Source of the DNA: Gammaproteobacteria bacterium
Lineage (GTDB): Bacteria; Pseudomonadota; Gammaproteobacteria; Steroidobacterales; JABDKV01
Length of the DNA stretch: 41,414 nt
Reading direction: 5' to 3'
NCBI GenBank assembly: GCA_013002045.1
Contig: JABDKV010000120.1
Coordinates: 1-41,414 of the forward strand
Position numbers and translations under genes: made by a program. The notes beneath the pieces were generated by a model. The model worked only from the letters and a program-made list of their open reading frames with translations, did no database searches and was not told where the DNA came from. This document shows positions 1-9,407 of the stretch, piece by piece (within the stretch, counting starts at the first letter, position 1; the number at the start of each line of letters is the position of its first letter).

Positions 1-821
1 GCGCCCAGCAGGATACAGGCGGCGGGATTGAGCAGGCGAATAATGCCCTGGTCGTCAGTTACGACAAGGGCATCGGTCATCGTATCGATAATGCGTTGCG
101 AAGCCAGCGCCGGTGTTATATCGAACAGCCGGTAATTCCAGGTAACGAATGCGAGGATGCAGAACAGGAACAGTACCGGGGCGAAGCCGACCGGGTAGAA
201 ATTGATGCCGATGGTTGCCAGGAAGTCGACACTGGACAGGCTGGCGACGGCAATACCGAGCATCAGCAGGGTGATGCGACGGCTACCGATACTGCCGCGG
301 GGTTCCTCTTTGCGGCAGACCCACAACATGCGCAGGCAGGCACCCAGTACGACGCCAACGTACAGCATGAATAACGCACCGATCACGCCATAACGAGGGT
401 AATAGCCCCAAACATAGTGATCGATGCCGGAGATATGCAACGGCGACAGCCATGCGGTTAGCAGGAAGACAGTCGACAAAACCACACTGCCAACCAGCCA
501 TGGGAAGGTCTGCTTTGCCCGGTCGATCAGCATTATGGTAAAGAACAGGGCAGCAGTCGGTGTGTAGACAAGGCCAATCGAGCCGAAGCGGATCCAGAAG
601 TCGGCCGTCTCAGCATTGGCCGACAGGTACATCATCAGGCCGCCTGTCATCCACAGCAGCATTGCGATCATGATGGCGATAAACGGCAGCGTCGCCCGCG
701 AGTGCCCCTCACGCAGGATAGTCATTGCCCCGACGCCGACAATAGTGGCAATCGCGACTGCTGCAGGCAGCGCGTATATGCTCAAGGCGTAGTTGCCACT
801 CGATGTCAGACTGTCAAGCAC
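1..821 (-). CDS. Membrane sensor, N-terminal 7TM (HisKA_7TM-like) + PAS; truncated at window edge; paralog of 29160..31628
   Basis: Hand translation, absent from the ORF track because it has no stop: VLDSLTSSGNYALSIYALP...WGYYPRYG...TWNYRLFDITPALASQRIIDTMTDALVVTDDQGIIRLLNPAA. GTG at 821 with AGGAA upstream. Colinear with the N-terminus of the GGDEF-EAL protein. Output domain lies outside the window. Confidence 0.85.
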   Translation of the reverse strand, partial: MLDSLTSSGNYALSIYALPAAVAIATIVGVGAMTILREGHSRATLPFIAIMIAMLLWMTGGLMMYLSANAETADFWIRFGSIGLVYTPTAALFFTIMLIDRAKQTFPWLVGSVVLSTVFLLTAWLSPLHISGIDHYVWGYYPRYGVIGALFMLYVGVVLGACLRMLWVCRKEEPRGSIGSRRITLLMLGIAVASLSSVDFLATIGINFYPVGFAPVLFLFCILAFVTWNYRLFDITPALASQRIIDTMTDALVVTDDQGIIRLLNPAACILLG

Positions 822-900
822 TGATTTCCTTTTCGCTGGACACAGGTCAATCACCCAAACTGCGGGTTTCGTCATCATTCCAGCTCCACCGAAGACCTGC

Positions 901-916
901 CGTGACCAGCTTCACA
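901..916. promoter_or_regulatory. CRP-like binding box
   Basis: CGTGA-CCAGCT-TCACA, 9/10 match to TGTGA-N6-TCACA. Lies 21 bp from minus-strand AATGAT (879-874). Confidence 0.65.
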
Positions 917-935
917 TAGCGCCGACTCGCCGCAT

Positions 936-1394
936 ATGCGCCGCCCGGCGGCAAAAGCGGCTTATGGTAATCTAGGCGCTCTGGTGGCCGGTGGCACCGG
1001 ATCAAGACCGGGGCAACAAGGTGCGGAGCGGGTGCAGCCCACAGATACTGACGCGACACCGAACAGCGTAGATACACCGCGCCGCGAGGGGCGTTCGCGC
1101 ATTGTCGTCTCTTACAAGGGCAAGCGTATCGCCAAGTATCGGCTGGCAAAACGCAAAGTGATGATCGGGCGCCGCCACGATTGCGATATCCGTGTAAATT
1201 CCCGCAGCGCCAGTCGTCATCATGCGCAGATATTTACCGTGCTCGACGACGACTATGTGCTTGACCTGGACAGCAAAAACGGAACTTTTGTCAATTCCCG
1301 GCGTATTAAGAAGCATGCATTGAAGGATGGCGATGTCATCAGCATTGGGGGCTTCGATCTCGCCTACACCCGAGAGACGCCAACCCGCGACTAG
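936..1394 (+). CDS. Stand-alone FHA domain protein (start may be GTG 984)
   Basis: FHA motifs IGR, SASRHHA, DLDSKNGTFVN, LKDGDVISIG; low-complexity Thr-containing N-terminus. Confidence 0.85.
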   Translation: MRRPAAKAAYGNLGALVAGGTGSRPGQQGAERVQPTDTDATPNSVDTPRREGRSRIVVSYKGKRIAKYRLAKRKVMIGRRHDCDIRVNSRSASRHHAQIFTVLDDDYVLDLDSKNGTFVNSRRIKKHALKDGDVISIGGFDLAYTRETPTRD

Positions 1395-1444
1395 ACAGCC
1401 GCCGCCTGAAAAATCTTCAAACCTGAAAGACTTCGAGGTTCGTC

Positions 1445-3496
1445 ATGAATGTGAGCCGTATTATTGCCTTGTCTTTATTTGCCTTGCTCGCAGGTTGTAC
1501 CGCGACCACACCGTCCGGTGACGAAACACCGGTAGCCAGGGCGCCGCTGGAATCGGGCCTCGATATCGAGTCGCTCGACACGCGGGTGCGGCCGCAGGAT
1601 GACTTTTTTGAATGGGTCAACGGCAGCTGGCTGGAGGCCACAGAGATACCGGCTGACAAGTCCAATTACGGTGCATTCACCGAACTGTTCGATGCTGCGG
1701 AAGCCAACCTGAGACAAATCATCGAAGAAGCCGCGGCCACCGCTGCGCCGCCCGGCAGCGTCGAGCAAAAAGTGGGCGACATGTACCGCTCGTTTATGGA
1801 CGTGGAGCGGATCGAGAGACTCGGCCTGCAGCCATTGACACCCGAGTTCGAACGCATCGCGGCGATCGGTGACAAGGATGACCTGGCGCACTGGTTCGGT
1901 AATGCACTGCGGCTGGGCGTTTCCGGACCGCTATTCTTCTGGATAAACCAGGATGCACGCGCCACTACTGAATACATCAGCTACCTCAACCAGGGTGGTC
2001 TCGGTCTGCCGGACCGGGATTACTATTTCGATGAAAGCGAACGTTTTCAGCAGATCCGCAGCGCTTATCTCGACTACATAGCCAATATCCTCGAACTGGC
2101 CGGCAGCGACGCGGCGCGCGTCGAAGCCAAGCGCATATTCGCACTGGAACAACGTATTGCCGAAGCACACTGGACGCGAGTCGAGAATCGCGATCGCAAC
2201 GCAACCTATAACAAGTACAGTATCGAAAAACTGCAGGCCGATATGCCGCAATTCGACTGGCTGCGATTCCTCGATGGCGCCGGTTTGTCCGATGTAAACG
2301 CGCTGATCGTTCGCCAACCCAGTTACTTCGACGCGCTGGACGACATAGTTGCCGATGTACCGCTGTCAACGTGGAAAAGCTACCTGCGTTTTCGCCTGCT
2401 CAATGCTTTTGCCCCGGACCTGCCGCAGGCTTTCGTAGATGCAAACTTCGATTTTTACGGTCGCACCTTGCGTGGCACCGAGAAAAATCGCGAACGCTGG
2501 AAGCGTGCCGTAGCCAGGGTGGAAGCTGCGCTGGGTGAGGCAGTCGGCCAGATTTATGTCGAGCGTCACTTTCAGCCAGCGGCAAAAGAGCGCATGGACG
2601 ACATGGTCGAGAACCTGCGGATGGCTTTTGCCGAGGCAATTAACGAACTGGAGTGGATGGGTCCCGAGACCCAGGCTGAAGCACAGCAAAAACTGGCCAA
2701 GTTCACTCCGAAAATCGGTTATCCGAACCAGTGGCGTGATTACACGTCGCTGGAAATACGTCCCGACAGCCTGATTGCCAACCAGATTGCCAGTGCCCGG
2801 TTCGAACACCAACGCAATGTCGACAAGCTGGGCAAGCCGATCGATCGCGACGAGTGGTTCATGACACCGCAAACGGTGAACGCCTATTACAACCCGTCGA
2901 TGAATGAGATTGTTTTTCCGGCGGCAATATTGCAACCGCCTTTCTTTAATGTGGCCGCCGATGATGCAGTTAATTACGGTGCAATCGGCGCCGTAATCGG
3001 GCACGAGTTCAGTCACGGCTTCGATGACCAGGGACGCAAGTCCGATGGCGATGGTACGTTGCGGGACTGGTGGACCGAGCGGGATGCGGAGGAGTTCCGG
3101 CGTCGCTCGTCCAACCTGGTCGCACAGTACAACGAGTTCAGCCCCATTGAGGGGATGAATGTGAATGGCGAGCTGACACTGGGCGAGAATATCGGTGACC
3201 TGGCCGGTCTGACCATGGCCTACCGTGCTTACAAGTTGTCGCTTGGTGGCAGGGAAGCCCCGGTCATCGGCGGCTATACCGGTGATCAGCGTTTTTTCAT
3301 GGGCTGGTCGCAGGTTTGGCGACGCAAATACCGCGAGGACGAGTTGCGGCGCCGCCTGGTGACCGATCCGCATTCTCCAAGTCGATATCGCGTCAACGGC
3401 ATCGTGCGCAACATGGATACCTTCTACGATGCATTTAATGTGCAGCCCGGCGATGAGCTGTACCTGCCGCCGGAACAACGGGTGCGGATCTGGTGA
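1445..3496 (+). CDS. M13 family zinc endopeptidase (neprilysin/PepO-like), lipoprotein
   Basis: VNAYY, HEFSH, GENIGD and DPHSP motifs; lipobox LLAGC. Confidence 0.95.
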   Translation: MNVSRIIALSLFALLAGCTATTPSGDETPVARAPLESGLDIESLDTRVRPQDDFFEWVNGSWLEATEIPADKSNYGAFTELFDAAEANLRQIIEEAAATAAPPGSVEQKVGDMYRSFMDVERIERLGLQPLTPEFERIAAIGDKDDLAHWFGNALRLGVSGPLFFWINQDARATTEYISYLNQGGLGLPDRDYYFDESERFQQIRSAYLDYIANILELAGSDAARVEAKRIFALEQRIAEAHWTRVENRDRNATYNKYSIEKLQADMPQFDWLRFLDGAGLSDVNALIVRQPSYFDALDDIVADVPLSTWKSYLRFRLLNAFAPDLPQAFVDANFDFYGRTLRGTEKNRERWKRAVARVEAALGEAVGQIYVERHFQPAAKERMDDMVENLRMAFAEAINELEWMGPETQAEAQQKLAKFTPKIGYPNQWRDYTSLEIRPDSLIANQIASARFEHQRNVDKLGKPIDRDEWFMTPQTVNAYYNPSMNEIVFPAAILQPPFFNVAADDAVNYGAIGAVIGHEFSHGFDDQGRKSDGDGTLRDWWTERDAEEFRRRSSNLVAQYNEFSPIEGMNVNGELTLGENIGDLAGLTMAYRAYKLSLGGREAPVIGGYTGDQRFFMGWSQVWRRKYREDELRRRLVTDPHSPSRYRVNGIVRNMDTFYDAFNVQPGDELYLPPEQRVRIW

Positions 3497-5442
3497 AGTC
3501 TTTACTGAGTTTGCTGCTGGCCGGTCTGCTGCTGTCTGGCTGCGCCGATAATGAAAATACCGACCTGTCGACGGTGGCCTCCGATTCTGCGGTGCCGCCG
3601 CCCGCGCTGGTCGTGCCGCCACCGTTGCCGGTAGAGCCCACGGTCGCACCCGCCGACGACTATCACTCCTATGCGAATCCCGGTGAGATTGCCGTCCGTC
3701 ACATCAGCCTCGATCTGCAAACCGATTTCGGCGAACAGATTCTCAAGGGGACAGCGACGCTAACCGTCGAGCGTGTCAGTCGTGATGCGGAAATGCTGAT
3801 GCTCGATACGCGGGACCTCGAGATCCAGGATGTGCGTGTCGAATCACCAGCCGGGAAATGGGTCCAGACTTATTACAAACTCGGCAACAGTGATGGCGCT
3901 CTCGGGGCGCCACTGGCAATCGAGCTGCCCCCCGGCGATGCCAGCACTTTCAGTGTCCGTATTCGCTATCGCACGGCACCCGGTGCCAGTGGCCTGCAGT
4001 GGCTGACGCCGGCGCAGACCGCCGGCAAGAAACACCCGTTCCTGTTTTCGCAATCGCAGGCGATACACGCACGCAGCTGGATTCCGCTGCAGGATTCACC
4101 GGCAGTACGGGTCACCTACGATGCGACTATCCGTACACCGCAGGACCTGCTCGCCGTGATGAGTGCGAGCAACGATGCAGACACCGAACGCGATGGCGAA
4201 TACACGTTCCGGATGCCACAACCGATACCGTCATACCTGATCGCCATTGCAGTCGGCGACCTGGTGTTTGAGCCTATCGGTGAACGTACAGGCGTTTATG
4301 CCGAACCGGCGCTGGTCAAGGCAGCAGCAGACGAGTTCGCCGATACCGAGACCATGCTGGAAATCACCGAAGACCTGTTCGGGCCTTATCGCTGGGGGCG
4401 CTACGACCTGTTGATACTGCCACCGAGTTTCCCTTTCGGTGGCATGGAAAACCCGCGCCTGTCCTTCATCACACCGACCGTAATCGCCGGCGATCGCAGC
4501 CTGGTGTCGCTGATCGCACATGAGCTGGCGCATTCGTGGTCCGGCAACCTGATCACCAATGCCACCTGGCGTGATCTGTGGCTCAACGAGGGTTTCACCA
4601 GCTATCTCGAAGCACGCATCATGGAGGCCGTTTACGGCGCTGAGCGTGCAGAAATGGAAAATACGCTGGGCTACCAGGGCCTGGCCAGGGAACTGGCGGA
4701 ACTGCCACCGGAAGCGCAAATCCTGGCGATCGACCTGCGTGGCCAGGATCCCGACAATGTATTCACCTCAGTGCCCTACACCAAGGGACAATTATTCCTG
4801 ACCTGGCTGGAAGGCTATTTCGGTCGCGAAGAATTCGATGTGTTCCTGCGCAACTATTTCGACCGCTTCGCTTTCGAGAGTATTACCACCGACCAGTTTC
4901 TGGAGTACCTGAGCGCGCAATTGCCCGCCAACAGGCCAGCCAAGCCGCAAATCATGGAGTGGGTATTCGAGCCAGGTTTGCCGGCAGATGCAGTGCTGCC
5001 GCAGTCGGATGCGTTCACCCGCATCGATGCAACCCGCAATGACTGGCTCGAAGGCGAGATTGCTGCTACAGACATCGACACCGAAGCGTGGACCGTGCAT
5101 GAATGGCTGGCATTCCTCAACAACATGCCGGATCAGTTGAGCAATGACCAACTGGTGGCGCTCGACCAGGCGTTCGACCTCACTGAATCCGCTAATAACG
5201 AAATCGCGCACAGCTGGCTCAAAATTGCGATACGCAACGACTACGAGCCGGCATTTGCCCGTCTGGAGAACTACCTGCTCAGTATCGGTCGGTTAAAACT
5301 CATTCGGCCGTTGTACCAGGAACTGGTGAAGACTGAGCGCGGCAAGCAGTTTGCGCAGCGCGTGTATGCGCAGGCGCGACCGGGTTATCACCCCCTGGCC
5401 CAGCGTGTGAGCGATGCCATAGTCATGGGCGACGGCGGGTAG
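3493..5442 (+). CDS. M1 family aminopeptidase (leukotriene A4 hydrolase-like), lipoprotein
   Basis: GGMEN, HELAH...WLNEG, PYTKG; lipobox LLSGC; Pro-rich linker; GTGA overlap with the upstream gene. Confidence 0.95.
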   Translation: MKSLLSLLLAGLLLSGCADNENTDLSTVASDSAVPPPALVVPPPLPVEPTVAPADDYHSYANPGEIAVRHISLDLQTDFGEQILKGTATLTVERVSRDAEMLMLDTRDLEIQDVRVESPAGKWVQTYYKLGNSDGALGAPLAIELPPGDASTFSVRIRYRTAPGASGLQWLTPAQTAGKKHPFLFSQSQAIHARSWIPLQDSPAVRVTYDATIRTPQDLLAVMSASNDADTERDGEYTFRMPQPIPSYLIAIAVGDLVFEPIGERTGVYAEPALVKAAADEFADTETMLEITEDLFGPYRWGRYDLLILPPSFPFGGMENPRLSFITPTVIAGDRSLVSLIAHELAHSWSGNLITNATWRDLWLNEGFTSYLEARIMEAVYGAERAEMENTLGYQGLARELAELPPEAQILAIDLRGQDPDNVFTSVPYTKGQLFLTWLEGYFGREEFDVFLRNYFDRFAFESITTDQFLEYLSAQLPANRPAKPQIMEWVFEPGLPADAVLPQSDAFTRIDATRNDWLEGEIAATDIDTEAWTVHEWLAFLNNMPDQLSNDQLVALDQAFDLTESANNEIAHSWLKIAIRNDYEPAFARLENYLLSIGRLKLIRPLYQELVKTERGKQFAQRVYAQARPGYHPLAQRVSDAIVMGDGG

Positions 5443-5444
5443 TC

Positions 5445-6377
5445 TCAGAAACCGCCCAGCACTTCGATATGCGCTGCCACACTGCGGGCGAGTGCGTCGT
5501 AGTGGTAACCACCCTCGAGGCACGACACGATTCGGCCGTGGCAAAGATCACTGGCTTCGGCGACGATACGCGCGGTGATCCAGCTGAAATCGTCCTCGTC
5601 GAGGTTTAACCCGCCTAGCGGGTCTTCGCGATGGGCGTCGAAGCCGGCCGAAACGAAAATCATTTCTGGCTGGTGCCGGCGCAACGCTGACCACCAGTTT
5701 GCGTCTATTGCCTGGCGAAACCCGTCACCATCAGTGCCCGATTGCAGCGGCACGTGGACGATATTCTGTGGCGGGGCGGAAATATCGGCGTACGGATAAA
5801 AAGGATGCTGGAAGCTGGAACAAAACAATACGCGCGGGTCGCTGCGAAACACCGCTTCGGTGCCATTGCCATGGTGTACGTCGAAATCGAGTATGGCGAC
5901 ACGTTGTAAACGGTGATATGCCAGCGCGTGGGCTGCCGCAACCGCGACTGTTGCGAACAGGCAAAAACCCATCGCGCGATCCGGTTCGGCATGGTGCCCC
6001 GGGGGGCGCATGCAACAGAAGGCGTTGTCGAACTCGCCACCCAGCACACGATCGGTGGCATCCAGAGCAGCACCGGTGGCGAGGAGGGCAGCCTGCAGGC
6101 TGTGCGGGTTCATAGCCGTGTCGCCATCGAGATGAACGAGGCCGGAACCGGGATCGACCGAGAATATCGTTGCAAGGTAATCGTCGGCATGCACCCGACC
6201 CAGTTCTTCACGCGTGGCCAGTCGTGGCTCGGCCTGCAGTAATTGGTCATAAAACGGGCGAGTTGCCAGTAACTCATTTATCGCGCGCAGGCGCCCGGGG
6301 TTCTCGGGATGACCCGGACCCATGTCGTGCAGCAGGCCCAGAGGGTGCCGATAGAGGGCTGTCCTGGCGTCAGTCAT
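5445..6377 (-). CDS. Histone deacetylase-family zinc amidohydrolase
   Basis: HPE, RPPGHHA, DFDVHHGNGT, SAGFDAH..D and LEGGY motifs. Confidence 0.93.
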   Translation of the reverse strand: MTDARTALYRHPLGLLHDMGPGHPENPGRLRAINELLATRPFYDQLLQAEPRLATREELGRVHADDYLATIFSVDPGSGLVHLDGDTAMNPHSLQAALLATGAALDATDRVLGGEFDNAFCCMRPPGHHAEPDRAMGFCLFATVAVAAAHALAYHRLQRVAILDFDVHHGNGTEAVFRSDPRVLFCSSFQHPFYPYADISAPPQNIVHVPLQSGTDGDGFRQAIDANWWSALRRHQPEMIFVSAGFDAHREDPLGGLNLDEDDFSWITARIVAEASDLCHGRIVSCLEGGYHYDALARSVAAHIEVLGGF

Positions 6378-6392
6378 GTGATCTGGTTCGCA
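6377..6392. promoter_or_regulatory. CRP-like box overlapping the deacetylase start codon
   Basis: TGTGA-TCTGGT-TCGCA, 9/10 match. Confidence 0.55.
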
Positions 6393-6427
6393 GATTCTGC
6401 GTGTAATGCAGTTGCTGGCGTCGGATT

Positions 6428-6443
6428 TGCGTGATCGTTCACA
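6428..6443. promoter_or_regulatory. CRP-like box with class II geometry
   Basis: TGCGT-GATCGT-TCACA; 21 bp upstream of TATCGT (6465-6470). Confidence 0.5.
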
Positions 6444-6477
6444 GTTCGTTCAGCCGCTAGCGCTTATCGTGTGGCAC

Positions 6478-6675
6478 ATGGAGGAAAAGTATTACACACA
6501 TTTCCTGTTGATGGATGGCAGCCACGATGGCTACACCGAGTTCAGCGGTATCGTGGAAGTCATGCGTTACACGGGCGAGTGCTTCGAAGATGATGAAGTT
6601 CGTGACATGCTGGCTGACAACCTCGAGGTCGAGGCCGACGATGTCACCATACTGCAATGGTCCCGTCTGCACTGA
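6478..6675 (+). CDS. Small acidic hypothetical protein (65 aa)
   Basis: MEEKYYTHF...QWSRLH; 17 D/E versus 4 K/R; fills the gap before the crp-like gene. ATG 6478 preferred over 6406, whose extension runs through the predicted promoter. Confidence 0.7.
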   Translation: MEEKYYTHFLLMDGSHDGYTEFSGIVEVMRYTGECFEDDEVRDMLADNLEVEADDVTILQWSRLH

Positions 6676-6708
6676 CCTAAGCGCAACGGAACGACCCACT
6701 CATCTGTC

Positions 6709-7368
6709 ATGAAAAGCCCGCCCGTCGCCCGGCTGGACCCGGTCATCCTCGAGCAGTTCCTGTCATTGTGTCGGCAGACACAGGTCGACGCTGGCACCAT
6801 GATTATCAAGTCGGCGGAAATACCCGACCGCCTGTATTACCTGGTCGAGGGATCCGTGGAAGTCATCATCGAAGATGACAGTGGTCACGATATGGTGCTG
6901 GCCTATCTCAACAAGGGTCATTTTTTTGGCGAGATGGCGTTTTTCAATAGTCGCCAGGCACAGCGTAGCGCGTGGGTGCGTTCACGCACCGATGTTGTTA
7001 TTGCGGAAATGGGATATGAAGAATTCCGCCAGTTGACGACAGAACACCAGGGGCTCGTTTTCGAACTGACCACCCAGATGGCGTTGCGCCTGTTCGGCGC
7101 CGACATGAAGGTATCGAGCCTCGCATTTTTGGACGTCAAGGGACGCGTAGCCCACACGTTACTCGAGCTGTGTTACGAACCCGATGCCCACATTAGAGAC
7201 GAAGGCTGGTTTCTGGAAATCAGCCGGCCACAGCTGGCACGCCTGGTGGGTTGCTCGCGCGAAATGGTTTGTCGAGTCCTCAAGATGCTGCAATCCGAAG
7301 GGCTGATCGTCTATTCGGCTGAGGGCATCGTTGTTCATGGCACCCATGCCGTGCCGGTTACTGCCTGA
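6709..7368 (+). CDS. Crp/Vfr/Clp-family transcription factor (divergent paralog)
   Basis: cNMP-binding domain (FFGEM...RSAWVR), hinge LAFLDVKGRVA, HTH LARLVGCSREMVCRVLKML. Confidence 0.92.
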   Translation: MKSPPVARLDPVILEQFLSLCRQTQVDAGTMIIKSAEIPDRLYYLVEGSVEVIIEDDSGHDMVLAYLNKGHFFGEMAFFNSRQAQRSAWVRSRTDVVIAEMGYEEFRQLTTEHQGLVFELTTQMALRLFGADMKVSSLAFLDVKGRVAHTLLELCYEPDAHIRDEGWFLEISRPQLARLVGCSREMVCRVLKMLQSEGLIVYSAEGIVVHGTHAVPVTA

Positions 7369-7589
7369 GACCCACACCCGTCGGCCAGGCTTGATTTGGT
7401 ATCCCGACCGCATTGCGACGGCCGATCGCCTCTAACGCAATGATTCCTGGCGCAGCGCTGGAGCCGCCGGGCCAGCCATTTTCCCCTTGATCGCGTCACA
7501 AATTGCCCGTTCCGGGTAGCAGCGTTTATCATGAGCCCCCGCCCGCTGGAACCGGGTGACCCGCATTGCTCGTGTAAAAAGGTAGAAAT

Positions 7590-8879
7590 ATGGCTGACAA
7601 GACAGTTTCGCTGAAGGACAACAGCTCAGGAAAAACTGCAGAACTACCCTTGCGCGAAGGCACGTTGGGCAGCTCGGTGCTGGATATCCGAAAACTGCCA
7701 AAGGAACTGGGACACTTCACCTTCGACCCCGGTTTCAAGGCGACTGCCAGTTGCGAGAGCGCTATCACCTACCTCGACGGCGGCAAGGGTCAGCTGATGT
7801 ACCGTGGCTACCCAATCGAGCAGTTGGCGGAGAAGTGCAACTACCTCGAGGTCTGTTACCTGCTGCTGCACGGGGAATTACCGTCAAGCACGGAAAAAGA
7901 ACAGTTCGAGACCAATATTCGCTACCACACCATGATCAACGAGGGGCTGCGAAAGTTTCTCGATGGTTTTCGCTATGACGCCCACCCGATGGCGATGATG
8001 ACAGGTGTGCTGGGTTCTCTGTCAGCCTTCTATCACGATTCGACCAATATTCACGATCCCGACCAGCGTATTATCACTGCGCATCGGCTGATTGCGAAAA
8101 TGCCGACACTGGCGGCAGCCTGTTACAAGCACTCGATCGGCGAGCCGGTGCTGTACCCACGTAATGAGTTGTCTTACGCCAGTAACTTCCTGTGGATGAT
8201 GTGGGGCAGGCCAACCGAGCCATACGAGCCTGATCCCGTGGCCGCAAAAGCACTGGATGTCCTGTTTATCCTGCATGCTGACCACGAGCAGAACGCCTCG
8301 ACCTCGACAGTTCGTCTCGCGGGTTCATCACAGACCAATCCGTTCGGTGCAATAGCCGCCGGTGTAGCCAGCCTGTGGGGCCCGGCACATGGCGGTGCCA
8401 ACGAAGCCGTGCTGCGCATGCTCGACGAAATAGGCAGCGTAGACAATATCGACAAGTACATCGATCGGGCCAAGGACAAGAACGATCCGTTCCGCCTGAT
8501 GGGTTTTGGCCATCGTGTTTACAAGAACATGGATCCACGGGCACTGATCATCAAGAAGCTGGCTGACGAAGTGCTGGAAAAATACGGTGACGATCCCCGC
8601 ATGGAGCTGGCACGACGGCTGGAAGAGATCGCACTCAAGGACGAATACTTCGTAGAGCGACGCTTGTATCCGAACGTCGATTTTTACTCGGGTATCATCT
8701 ACCAGGCGCTGGGCTTCCCATACGAGATGTTCACGGTCCTGTTTGCCATCGGTCGTACGGTCGGCTGGATTGCGCACTGGATGGAAATGATTTCCGATCC
8801 ATCAATGGTAATCGGGCGGCCACGACAGCTTTACGTCGGTCCGGCTGAGCGCAACGTGCCCGACCTCGACGATCGCTGA
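7590..8879 (+). CDS. gltA: Citrate synthase (type II)
   Basis: [53 protein letters not shown]. Confidence 0.98.
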   Translation: MADKTVSLKDNSSGKTAELPLREGTLGSSVLDIRKLPKELGHFTFDPGFKATASCESAITYLDGGKGQLMYRGYPIEQLAEKCNYLEVCYLLLHGELPSSTEKEQFETNIRYHTMINEGLRKFLDGFRYDAHPMAMMTGVLGSLSAFYHDSTNIHDPDQRIITAHRLIAKMPTLAAACYKHSIGEPVLYPRNELSYASNFLWMMWGRPTEPYEPDPVAAKALDVLFILHADHEQNASTSTVRLAGSSQTNPFGAIAAGVASLWGPAHGGANEAVLRMLDEIGSVDNIDKYIDRAKDKNDPFRLMGFGHRVYKNMDPRALIIKKLADEVLEKYGDDPRMELARRLEEIALKDEYFVERRLYPNVDFYSGIIYQALGFPYEMFTVLFAIGRTVGWIAHWMEMISDPSMVIGRPRQLYVGPAERNVPDLDDR

Positions 8880-9400
8880 GTACAGCAGCAGCCCTGCACA
8901 CCTATTTCGCTTATGGCTCGAACCTGCACCCGCTGCGGCTGCAGCACCGGGCGCCGCAATGTCGTGTGGTCACAGTGGCGCGACTACCCGGGTATCGCCT
9001 CGCCTTCGACAAGCGCTCGCTGATCGATGGCAGCGGCAAGTGCAATATTCATACGTGTGAGCCGCAGTCTGCAGTCTGGGGCGTCGTCTACTGCCTGAGC
9101 CCGGCAGAACTGGCCCGCCTCGACGACGAAGAAGTCGTACACGGGGGTTACCAACGCATCGAAGTCGAAGTCCATGACCACTCACAGGGCGTGCACCAGG
9201 TGTGTACCTACCAGGCCCCGGCTGAGCTGACGGATGCGAGCCTGGCGCCATATGACTGGTATCACGCACTGGTTATTCGCGGTGCGAGCCACCATGGGTT
9301 GCCGTCAGAGTGGATCAGGCGATTGCAGTCCATCGCCGCACAACACGACCATGATCGCGAACGTCGTCGCCTGTTCGACGCGTTCCTTGCCGGGTTGTAG
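8876..9400 (+). CDS. Gamma-glutamylcyclotransferase family protein (probable CTG start at 8876 or 8894)
   Basis: The family motif YFAYGSNL is encoded in frame at 8903-8926, upstream of the track start at 8966. Also VWGVVY, LDDEE and Y...V..GA..HGLP..W. Confidence 0.8.
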   Translation: MSTAAALHTYFAYGSNLHPLRLQHRAPQCRVVTVARLPGYRLAFDKRSLIDGSGKCNIHTCEPQSAVWGVVYCLSPAELARLDDEEVVHGGYQRIEVEVHDHSQGVHQVCTYQAPAELTDASLAPYDWYHALVIRGASHHGLPSEWIRRLQSIAAQHDHDRERRRLFDAFLAGL

Positions 9401-9407
9401 TGCGCAT

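Noticed and set aside
2366-3649. 427-aa antisense ORF (also 9762..10628, 11277..12359, 15073..15852, 24830..25747, 27552..28304)
   Set aside because: Shadow ORFs opposite well-supported genes, expected from GC-rich codon bias; no recognisable motifs.
7485-7500. Possible CRP/FNR box upstream of gltA (CCTTG-ATCGCG-TCACA)
   Set aside because: Only one half-site fits either consensus and the spacing to the nearest -10-like hexamer is not class II.
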